Source: an uncultured Eubacteriales bacterium (lineage in GTDB: Bacteria > Bacillota > Clostridia > Christensenellales > DTU072). Taken from it: 30,110 nucleotides of DNA. Shown here piece after piece: positions 1 through 9,700 of this stretch. A program made the translations under genes and the position numbers. Below the pieces are notes generated by a model that was not told the DNA's origin, searched no databases, and saw nothing but the letters and a program-made list of their open reading frames with translations. Numbering within the stretch: position 1 is the first letter of the stretch; every line of letters begins with the position of its first letter. The stretch covers positions 1 to 30,110 of the forward strand of contig CACXDF010000220.1 of assembly GCA_902766325.1 (NCBI GenBank). Direction: 5' to 3'.

Positions 1-528
1 TATTTCCGTGTTCGCGCGGTCAAGGGCGAACGAAAGGGCAAGTATTCCGACTGGATCGAAAAGGAGATCGACGCATGGACTTTGTCGAAGCCCGTAGTCA
101 CCGTTAATACTACGACGATGCAGATCTCCTGGACGCCCGTTACCTATCGTTACGAGTACGATTATTCCAAGATCGTATCCGCATACGTTTATCAATACGC
201 CTGGAAGCCCGTGGACGACGAAGATGATAAATTGGAATGGAGAGACGATAAGTCCCTGACTAATTACGTCAGGTTGGATTCGTCTTTGTTGACGTTGAGC
301 GAGTATTTCGATTATCAGTTCAACGATTACGAATGGCCCGGGGATATCACTCTTTATTTTCGGGTGGCCGCGGTAAATCACGGTTACAGTACGCTCGGCG
401 GATTTTCCGATTACGTCGGCGATACGCCGGAAGAGCTTGCGCTCAGAAAGATATATAACGAAGTCGGAGAATACGGAGAGACCTCCGTTACGATAACGAA
501 AGAAATTTTTGACGCTTTATCGAAATAA
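1..528 (+). CDS. 5'-truncated fibronectin type III repeat protein (C-terminal ~175 aa), probably extracellular
   Basis: Frame +1 is open from base 1 (YFRVRAVKGERKGKYSDWIEKEIDAWTLSKPVVT...), so the TTG start at 82 in the track is artefactual. It has two FN3 C-terminal strand motifs (YFRVRAVK..G.YSDW and LYFRVAAVN....GGFSDY) and an FN3 N-terminal motif (LSKPVVTVNTTTMQISWTPV). Stop TAA at 526-528. Confidence 0.75.
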   Translation, partial: YFRVRAVKGERKGKYSDWIEKEIDAWTLSKPVVTVNTTTMQISWTPVTYRYEYDYSKIVSAYVYQYAWKPVDDEDDKLEWRDDKSLTNYVRLDSSLLTLSEYFDYQFNDYEWPGDITLYFRVAAVNHGYSTLGGFSDYVGDTPEELALRKIYNEVGEYGETSVTITKEIFDALSK

Positions 529-554
529 AAGATAAAGTCAGGATAATATAATAT

Positions 555-2378
555 ATGAAAAGAGAAGATTTACGTAACATTGCCATTATCGCGCACGTCG
601 ACCACGGTAAGACGACGCTTGTAGACGCCATGCTGAAGCAGGGCGGCGTTTTTCGCGCCAATCAGGACGTGCCCACGTGCGTAATGGACAGCAACGATTT
701 GGAAAGAGAACGCGGGATCACTATTTTGGCGAAAAATACTTCCGCGGTATACAATAACGTTAAAATCAATATTGTCGATACCCCCGGACACGCCGATTTC
801 GGCGGCGAGGTGGAGCGCGTATTGAAAATGATCAACGGCGTTGTTTTGCTTGTAGACGCGTACGAAGGCCCCATGCCGCAAACGAGATTCGTTTTACAAA
901 AGGCCTTGGAAATGAACCATCGTATCATTATTTGCATCAACAAGATCGATAAACCGGGCGCAAGATGCCAAGAGGTTTTGAACGAAGTTTACGATCTTTT
1001 GATCGAATTGAACGCCAATGACGAACAGATCGACAGTCCCGTTATTTATTGCAGCGGTCGCGCGGGGACGGCTTCTTATTCGCAAGATGAGCCCGGTACC
1101 GACCTCAAACCGCTTTTCGAGACGATCATCAATCATATTGCGCCGCCGGAAGGGGATGAAAAGGGCGAATTACAGGTCCTTATTTCTTCCATCGACTATA
1201 ACGACTATGTCGGGCGTATCGCGATCGGACGTATTGAGCGCGGCGTGATGAGACAGAATATGGACGTTGTCGTCACCAATTATCATACGGATGAGAAATA
1301 CCGCGCCAAGATCGGGAATATTTATCAATTTTCGGGATTGGGCAAAACGACGGTAGAAACGGCCATGATGGGCGATATCGTCAGCTTCAGCGGTATAGAA
1401 AAGATCACGATCGGCGAAACGGTTTGTTCCCCCGCTTGCGTAGAACCCATTCCGTTCGTCAAGATCAGCGAACCGACCTTGCAGATGTCTTTTTCCGTAA
1501 ATGACAGTCCTTTTGCGGGAAGAGAGGGTAAATTCGTTACTTCCCGTCATTTGCGCGCGCGTTTGGAAAAAGAACTTCTTAAAGACGTTTCTTTGCGCGT
1601 CAGCGAGAAGAGCGCGGATGAATTCATCGTGAGCGGAAGAGGCGAAATACACCTTTCTATTTTGATCGAGAATATGCGCCGAGAAGGATACGAATTCCAG
1701 GTGGGAACGCCGCAAGTTATCAATAAAGTGGTCGATGGGGTTTTATGCGAACCGTTCGAGAAACTGGTTGTCGACGTGCCGACCGAGTATATCGGCGGCG
1801 TGATGGAAAACTTGGGGCGCAGACACGGCGAAATGGAAAATATGATCAATATGGGCGCGCGTACTAAATTGGAATACGTCATACCCGCTCGCGGATTACT
1901 CGGTTTCAGGAACGATTTTATGACCCTTACGCGCGGCGAAGGCATTATGAGCAGCGTATTCGATAGCTACGAGCCCCTGAAAGGCACCATTCTTCGTCGT
2001 TCGAGCGGCGCTCTCGTCGCGTGGGAAACGGGCGAAGCGGTCACATACGGCTTATATAACGCGCAAGAACGCGGTCAGCTCTTTATCGAGCCCGGAACGC
2101 CGGTCTATGCCGGTATGATCGTCGGTTATTCTCCCAAGCAGGACGATATTCCTGTCAACGTGTGCAAAAAGAAACACGTCACCAATATGCGCGCCGCGGG
2201 CAGCGACGAAGCGCTTACGCTCGAAACGCCCAGAAAACTCAGTTTGGAAGAATGTATAGAGTTTTTGAACGCGGACGAAATGCTGGAAGTTACGCCGAAG
2301 AGTTTGCGTCTTCGCAAGACCATTCTCGACCATGCCGAGAGAATGAGAAGACTGGTTCGTGAAAGAAACGGAAATTAA
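555..2378 (+). CDS. typA: Translational GTPase TypA/BipA (607 aa)
   Basis: G1 NIAIIAHVDHGKTTLVD, G2 DSNDLERERGITI, G3 DTPGH, G4 NKID; TypA-specific FAGREGKFVTSRHLRARL, VSGRGEIHLSILIENMRREGYE and C-terminal KKKHVTNMRAAGSDE / EVTPKSLRLRK. AGGA RBS at 540-543. Confidence 0.98.
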   Translation: MKREDLRNIAIIAHVDHGKTTLVDAMLKQGGVFRANQDVPTCVMDSNDLERERGITILAKNTSAVYNNVKINIVDTPGHADFGGEVERVLKMINGVVLLVDAYEGPMPQTRFVLQKALEMNHRIIICINKIDKPGARCQEVLNEVYDLLIELNANDEQIDSPVIYCSGRAGTASYSQDEPGTDLKPLFETIINHIAPPEGDEKGELQVLISSIDYNDYVGRIAIGRIERGVMRQNMDVVVTNYHTDEKYRAKIGNIYQFSGLGKTTVETAMMGDIVSFSGIEKITIGETVCSPACVEPIPFVKISEPTLQMSFSVNDSPFAGREGKFVTSRHLRARLEKELLKDVSLRVSEKSADEFIVSGRGEIHLSILIENMRREGYEFQVGTPQVINKVVDGVLCEPFEKLVVDVPTEYIGGVMENLGRRHGEMENMINMGARTKLEYVIPARGLLGFRNDFMTLTRGEGIMSSVFDSYEPLKGTILRRSSGALVAWETGEAVTYGLYNAQERGQLFIEPGTPVYAGMIVGYSPKQDDIPVNVCKKKHVTNMRAAGSDEALTLETPRKLSLEECIEFLNADEMLEVTPKSLRLRKTILDHAERMRRLVRERNGN

Positions 2379-2396
2379 TAACAACAGGAGAGGATT

Positions 2397-3542
2397 ATGG
2401 CTAAAAAAGGGAAGAGTTCCTACATGAAAATGCAACAGGGCGCACAGCGTTCTTCCAACGTTCGCACCAAGCAGGAAAAAGCTCCGCAGGGTGGAAAGCA
2501 GAACGCCGGACAATATCAGCAGAACAAAAGAGCTCAAAAAAAAGCGCTCGGCTTGATGGAACGGTTGTCGTTTTATCCGGAATACAGAAGAGACGGCGGT
2601 ACGACTCCGCCGCTTGAAGAAGGTTTAGGCCGTTTTAAGTACTTCTGGTCGGTCGGAAGGCGCAGAAACTCGTCCATTTTGATCGCAAACCTCATGTTTA
2701 TTTTGTTTGCTTTGCCCCTTGTCGCTCTTATTGTGACCGTGACTGTGGCCGGAGTAGAAAATATCGCGTATTTTCTTGAAAAGATGACCGCGCCTTACCT
2801 TATGACGAACGTAGGCTTCGGTATATCCGATTCGGCATATACTTTTGCCGACGTGTCGCGTTATATATCCAACGTCTACTACATCGTTTTCGCCATTGCG
2901 GGCGCCGCCGTATTTATTATGAGCATCGGATTGTCCGGTATGATGCCGCTTTGTATGAATTTTATTTTGGGAGATACTTTCTTCTCGAAAAAGGATAACT
3001 ACGGAAACGACGTTCCTCGCGCGATAAAAGAATTCTTCTGGGGCGTAAAAAGGTATTGGTGGCAATTCATGATCGTGGGGGCCATGATGCTTGTTTTGGT
3101 CGCCGGGATCGGTAACGTCTTCGTTTATTTTATTTCTTCCTTTAAATTGGGCGAAGCCGGAGTAGGCCATTGGTTTATGATCATTTTTGCCGGTATAATC
3201 GCGTTGTTCGGGCTGATGTATCTGTTGCATCTGATGCCGACTATCGTTTTGTACGATATGCCGTTCAAAAACAAAATGAAAAACTCTTTGGTGTTCACGT
3301 TCCAAATGTTTGTGCAGAATCTTTTGATCGTTGCGGTTTTTTCGGTACCGTTTATTTTGCTCGCGCTTACGAATACGATCGTATCCGCCATCGTTCTCGC
3401 CGTTCTTTTGGTGTACGGCAGTAAGTATTATTGTCTTACGATGTGCAACTACGAGCAGTATCTTTCCGAAAAGATCATCGTGCCGGTTTATAATGCGAAA
3501 TTCAACCCCGTCAAGCAAAAGAAAAACAAGAAAGCGAAATAA
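2397..3542 (+). CDS. Multi-pass membrane protein, DUF624/YesL-like (381 aa)
   Basis: GGAG RBS 18 nt after the typA stop; about 5-7 hydrophobic segments; 'RFKYFWSVGRRRNSSILIANLMFILFALP' and 'AIKEFFWGVKRYWWQ' resemble the DUF624 pattern as I recall it. Basic Q/K-rich N-tail and KQKKNKKAK C-tail. Family assignment unverified. Confidence 0.55.
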   Translation: MAKKGKSSYMKMQQGAQRSSNVRTKQEKAPQGGKQNAGQYQQNKRAQKKALGLMERLSFYPEYRRDGGTTPPLEEGLGRFKYFWSVGRRRNSSILIANLMFILFALPLVALIVTVTVAGVENIAYFLEKMTAPYLMTNVGFGISDSAYTFADVSRYISNVYYIVFAIAGAAVFIMSIGLSGMMPLCMNFILGDTFFSKKDNYGNDVPRAIKEFFWGVKRYWWQFMIVGAMMLVLVAGIGNVFVYFISSFKLGEAGVGHWFMIIFAGIIALFGLMYLLHLMPTIVLYDMPFKNKMKNSLVFTFQMFVQNLLIVAVFSVPFILLALTNTIVSAIVLAVLLVYGSKYYCLTMCNYEQYLSEKIIVPVYNAKFNPVKQKKNKKAK

Positions 3543-3573
3543 TTTTTGCACGTTTTTAAATATAAGTGCTTTC

Positions 3574-3602
3574 AAAAAACGCTCTTTTCGAGCGTTTTTT
3601 TT
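3574..3602 (+). terminator. Intrinsic (probably bidirectional) terminator
   Basis: AAAAAACGCTC (3574-3584) - TTTTC loop - GAGCGTTTTTT (3590-3600): perfect 11-bp inverted repeat running into T8, 31 nt after the stop at 3542. Confidence 0.85.
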
Positions 3603-3643
3603 ATCATATGCCTTTCTTAAGGCTTAAAATCCGAGATTGCTCA

Positions 3644-3672
3644 TTGACAAGCATATGCTTTACATTTATAAT
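3644..3672 (+). promoter_or_regulatory. Perfect-consensus sigma70/sigma-A promoter for gene A (and B)
   Basis: TTGACA (3644-3649) - 17 nt - TATAAT (3667-3672), 50 nt upstream of ATG 3723; GGAGG RBS at 3714-3718. Confidence 0.85.
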
Positions 3673-3681
3673 ATAAATGTA
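3649..3681. promoter_or_regulatory. Two abutting dyad elements overlapping the promoter (candidate operators)
   Basis: AAGCATATGCTT (3649-3660) is a perfect 12-bp palindrome in the spacer. TACATTTATA-A-TATAAATGTA (3661-3681) is a perfect 10-bp inverted repeat centred on the -10 box. Confidence 0.55.
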
Positions 3682-3722
3682 TAGGTAGGCTCAAAGTTAT
3701 TTTCTCGCATCTTGGAGGGTAT

Positions 3723-6700
3723 ATGAAAAAAAACAAAATAAACAGTCCCGCAAAAGTTATTATCGCGATCGCGGTGGTTTTTCTTTTATTGCTGATCGTT
3801 TTTTTAGGGACTTCAAAACGCGCGTTGGAAAATAATCCTACCGAGATCGCTCATGCCGAGGCAGTCAAAGCAACGAGCGGAAGAATAACTTTTTCTTTTG
3901 AAGAACCCCAATTGATCCATTCAAACGGAAGCGAATATCAGCTGGGCGAACCCGTTTACGTCGATCTTGCGACGGAAAGCGATTGGATCGGTAATATCGT
4001 TGATAACTTCCGTACCAGTATTTCTTATTCTTCGACGGAGTATACCGTTAACAGACCTGCTTATTATAACGCCGCATCCGGTTCTCCCACCTCGTATTTT
4101 AAGCGTAACAATTATACGGACAGCGAGGATAAAACCAGATCGTGGAGCGTCAGAGATGTATTGGAAATCAGATCCGACAACGGCGCAACGCCCATCAGCG
4201 GGAATCATCCGATCAATAACGGTTCTTCTTACGTTTCCGCCGTCGCGAGAGGCGAGGTCATGAGTTTTTATTGCGAAACTTGTCACGCGAATAAATCCGC
4301 CTCTGAGATACAATATCACGTTTGTTCCGCGTGCCACGCACAACTGACGGCCGTCGGGACGGCGAATAATAACAAGTACGCCGTTAAATGTTCGAATACA
4401 TCGTGCCCGAATAATAATAAAATTTTCATGACGGGAAACGTTTGTCCCGGATGTGGCGGAACTACTACGATCAGCAATGGGATCAAAACCTGTACTCGAT
4501 CTACTTGCGCGTTGCGGAACAAAGAGTTTATCGATTATTACGATAATACCGTCGTTCTTTGTAATAACGGGCACACGATCACGCCCTCCCATCCCGGTAC
4601 CGAGACCGAACCGTGGGAAAAATTCAAAGTCGAAACGCCGAAAGATATCGGCGACGCCGAACACTTTAAGCTTTCCGTCGCTTCGCTTAAGATCAGCGGC
4701 TACGATTGGACGGGCAAAAAGATCACCAACAAAGAGATTTACGACGGAACGGACCTTACTGACGACGTGCTCGCCGGCATATATTACGTATCGTACGTCA
4801 AGTTCAATTTAACGGCAGACGTCGAATATTACAGCGGTTATTCTTATTGCGATCTGGATTGCTACCAGTCTTATTATGATTTGGAGGGAAACGACGGTTC
4901 TTCCATAAAGAACTTTTGGATCGAATGTTCCCCTACGACTACTCACGCCTCTTTTAACGCTAATTCTTTCGGAAATAAGTTGGAATATACTTATGCGCAA
5001 GGCAAGATGCCGATCGTTTGCACCTCTTCGATCGTTCTTGATAGTACGAAAATCTCGCAAAGAGTAAATAATAATCTCGTAAACGTCGACGACTATGTCG
5101 CAGTATACAATCCATCGATCAATTGGTCGGATAAAATCGGTTTGTACAAGTCGACGTCTTTCGATATACCCGGAGAGTTCCATTACAGTTTGGGCCTTGT
5201 TGATCGTGCTCCTTTTACTTTAAAAAAGGGGATTACCAACTCGGAAATACCGAACTCAACCCTGAACGTTCCGCTCGGAGATGGGACGGTAGCCGATTTT
5301 CTTAAAATCGAATGGTATCATGATGCTAAGTTGAATAATCCTGTAGACGATAATAGCGTGGTGGAAAGTGGCGATTATTATATAGTGATTCTTCCGACGG
5401 GAGGTTCGGATAGTAACTTCAATTTGAATTTAATTAATAATTATACCGGAGAAAGCGGTTTTGATTTCAAGAAGAATTTAATTCGTTTTATATATTCCGA
5501 CGGGACCAATATGCAAGAAATAACAGATGTGACGCAAAACGGCGTTACTTCCGTTTACGTGCAACACTTTTGTGTGTCAAAAACCAAATTAAAGGTAGAC
5601 GTAGTCAATAATTATGGCGGACAGTTGATCGCAACCAGCAAAATGTTTGAAAGGTATTATGATAAGATACCGTTAACAGGTTTAAACGCCGGAAGTGATT
5701 TGCCTTCCGATATAATGTATTATCAACAAATTCCGGAAGGTTCCGGCAATTATGTGCTGCAAGGCAATATCGATGACAACGGTACTTTTACGCCGGGTCA
5801 TTATTCTCCGGGAGTCGTTTATTATACGCAAGACGGTACGGAAGATAATCCCGTTTACGTTAAGGTTCCGTTATCGGGATTGACTGTCAATAACGAACTC
5901 CCGACCGATATGGTTTTTTATAAAAAAGGACTTGATGATAATTATATACCGATTCGGCAATATATCAACGATGAAATTTATACGCTGAATTATACTGCAA
6001 TGAAGAATGCCGCTGAGCTTTTTCAAAGAACGGTAAAAGAAGATTTGTCTAAGAGCGCTTGGACGGAAAAGATGGGTGGCTTTGCGCACGATTACCCATA
6101 CTATGATTTGAACACGTTTAGTTTTAGCGGAACTATGTTTCCCGATCCCAATCCGGGCGTTTATGATAGTTTGATTCTATCGGTTTCGTTTAATGATTCT
6201 TCCTTTAATAATAACTATTGCATTGAACTTGGCGAGTTTGATAATTATGGGAACTGGAATCCCTATTCGTACGTAGAAACGGAAAATCAATCGTATTTTT
6301 TGGGCAGTTTTGTTGATCCGGAAAGCGGAATGATACATTATCAATACAGATTTTTTCATCCGGAAGGAAATAAATTCACAGTATATTCGCCTCCGGTCGA
6401 AATCACCGTCGACGAGCAGTTCGGGCATACGTTTTCTTACGGCGAGATATTTGATTATACCGAGATAGACACGTCGATATTCGGGTTGGAAGGAGAAGTC
6501 GCCTACGACGCCGTCAACGATTATTATACTTTCGGTTCCGCCGATTGGGTCATTAAGATCGTCAATAATAAAAACGACGCCGTATCGATGGAGAATAAGA
6601 ACGTTATTTATATCGTCGCTTCTTTCTATATTTTGAGCGACGAGCTTTCTTACGGATATCAGGACGGCTATGTCAGTAAAGCGGAGGAAGGACTTTACGA

Positions 6701-9700
6701 ATCCCGGTATTACAGAATATATACCAACAGATTGTATCCGTTCTCTTATAACGAGGATTCGCAATCCTATTCCGACGGCGGAAGGTACTTTTTGTCTTAT
6801 TACGTTATGGCAAAGCCCATCAGCGGCGACGCAACGTATATTCCCACCGGCGACGGTCTTACGGCCGTATGGGACGTTGCCGCCGATAATCCGAATCCCA
6901 TCGATCATACGAAAACGGCGGACGAAAGACTGGTCGACGCCTTGGTCGCTTTCCGAATGGAAGATCCGTTCAATGCAAATCCGTACGAGATCAACATAAA
7001 TAAACTGGACGTGTATTATAACGTCGTCGACTACGCTCCCGAAAAGTATTACGACGGGACCAACGCGGTATATGCGCCCAACTACATCGCGGCCGTCGGC
7101 GGCAAAGATTATTTTGCCGGCGCGACGATAAGCAGAGATCCGGGCGACACCATATTCTACGAATACGACGAAGGAACCGATCGTTATTACGAAACGCTTG
7201 ACACTGTTTTCGGTAATTCTAAAACCTACTATATCGTTTCGCGGTTCAAACCGGCGGTAAAGGGATCGGATTATACCGCCGGAGCGACGGTGTCGAGTAA
7301 CAGCAAGGTATTCTACGAATATTTTTCCGTAGACGGACAGTACTATCAAACGAGAGACGAAGTTTTCTCCGGATCGAAAGAATACTACCTTAAGTTGCCG
7401 AATCGGAGTTGCGAACTGGAGTTGTTTGTTCTGGATCCGACTACGACCTTTACGCCGAGAGAAGCGCGGAACGAGCAGGGAGAGACCCATCTTTGCCATT
7501 CTGTTCTGGAATACGATTTATTTACCTATTTCGAGAGCATTGCGTGGATCAGCTATCAAAACGAACGCATCGGGGATCAATCGATCATTCTGAACGGCGA
7601 GATCGATAGCATGACCGGAGAACTCATGTATTTTACTTCGCATTTTACCGGGTCTCAGACCGAACCGAATAATGCGATACGCAGTTATAAAGTAAAAGAA
7701 TCTCTGTTTTATCGCAACGTAGAGCAGAGCGATTTCTGCGGTGTTATCAAGCCGCTTAGTCTTCGCGTGACCGTTTTGCCCGATCTCGAAAGACTTGCCA
7801 GCGATCAGGAAGGATATTCGCCCGCATATTATTCCCGTCCGTATCATTCGTTCTCCGGCGTTGCGATCATGGTCGCCGATCATAACGCAACCGACGCTTC
7901 CGGACAACACAATATGACGAATGTGTATAAGGAAAACGCTCTTTATCCGGTTTCCGACAGCGAATTGGCGTTAAGGCCGGAATTGGCGGACTACTATTAT
8001 GCTTATTATCTGGACGCAGATGATTTCAGACATGTGATCGGATTTGTTTTTTACGGCGATATGCTGAGGATCGCATCTGAAAGAAAAATCAAGTTTATTC
8101 GATTGAAAATAGAAGACGGTTTCTTGGAGAACGAGGGCTTCTATTGGCAGGGCGAAGCCGGATTCGGCGATTGGCAATTCCCGGTGGGTTATAAAGATTT
8201 CCTGTATAATCCGATTATCGGCGAAAGCGACGCTTTAACGCGCGATAAAGAAAAAGATTTTATTTACTGGTATAACGCCGGTAAGGCCGACGCCGCCGCC
8301 GGGATCAACGGCGCCACGGCGGTGCCCATCGGTTACGATACCGCCTACAACGGTTCGGACGTGAGCGATTTTTATATTCTGCATCTTGATTATGAATACT
8401 CCGTAACAAACTACGTTATTACGTATTTCAATGCGGGAGCCGAAACGACGGACTATAAAGCGGACAGCTGGTTCACGTTTGCGGTCACAAAAGCGATTCT
8501 GACCCCGGAAGATATCGATCTTATCATATTGCCGGACGAAAACCCGTCCGTCGGGAAATATCTTCAATACAATTCGTGCAGCCATTACACCGATATCGTT
8601 ATGGCGGAACCGAATCTGACGTACGTTACGTTCTACGGACATCCCGAATTGTCCGATTTCTATAATTACGACGCGACGACGGGGACTTTCTCGGGCGCAT
8701 TCTGCGATACCTTAGAACTTACTTATCAGGGCGTTTTGGCAAAAACTCAATATCAATTACGCGGTTGGATCATCGATACTTACGTTTCGGGCGGTGTTTC
8801 TTACGACAACCTACGCGGAACTTCGCTTTTGACGCGGATCGACAGAAACAATAATCTGCCCGACTTTGATTTCGACAGTATCGTGTTGAAAAAAGGTAAT
8901 TATAACAGAGACGGACGGTTTTTGACCGTGATCAGCTTTACGTATAAAACACCGGACGGAAACGTCACCGTCACGGGCGACGATATTACGGATAAAATGA
9001 AATCCTTTACTTTGGCGGGAACGTACGTCGTCGGCATTACTATCCCCGAGTCGTCAAACTACAGCGCGGTCAAGGGCGCGACGATGGAGTTCACCGTTTC
9101 TTCCGCAACCGTTCGCGTTTATACTACGGTGGCGTCTCGTAAGTATATGGAGGAATACGACGAAACAAAGGAGATCGGCTTTGTCGATTCTTCTCCGTCG
9201 AGGATGATCTTCGTCGATTCCGAAGAAGAACTTGAGACCTACGAAGCCTATATTGACGCCGACAACGGCGAAATCTATTTGGACAAAGCGAGCATTCCGA
9301 GCGGACGCGCTTATTATAAAGTTTACGTTTATCATAATCCGTTCGTACTTGCTACCGGTACGTTCTCCGCGGGAACGCTTTATTATCAACTGAGGAACGG
9401 CGTTTACGAAAACGCTACCGTAACGGTCGGCAACACCATTCCCGCAAACAGTTATTACGTTAAATCGTCGAACAAGTCCGATTGGACGTATGATATTGAC
9501 ACGACTTACGTTATTTATTGCGGTATCCAGCACCGGGACGGTATCGCTTCCAATCCGTTGGAAACGTTCGGCGTACAAGACGCTTATGCTTCCGTTCGGA
9601 ACAACATCGAGTCTTTCTTACAAAAGGACGGTCAGGATCGATTGATCGACGAAGCCAGGATATACGGTCGGGAAAACATCGTCGGACTCCCGGAAGTAGC

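Noticed and set aside
82-84. TTG start proposed for the first ORF
   Set aside because: The frame is open upstream to base 1 and encodes a further FN3 motif; no RBS precedes 82.
509-552. Own promoter for typA (TTGACG 509-514 / GATAAA 531-536; TATAAT 547-552)
   Set aside because: The first pair has a poor -10 with a 16-nt spacer, and the TATAAT is only 2 nt from the ATG. Indistinguishable from chance in AT-rich DNA.
3726-3733. A8 tract just after gene A's start as a phase-variation switch
   Set aside because: It simply encodes MKKN, a very common signal-peptide start. No variability evidence is available from one sequence.
4272-4337. Annotating gene A as a c-type cytochrome
   Set aside because: Only two CxxCH among otherwise His-less Cys pairs that fit zinc-ribbon spacing, and no maturation genes in the window. 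Kept only as an alternative hypothesis.
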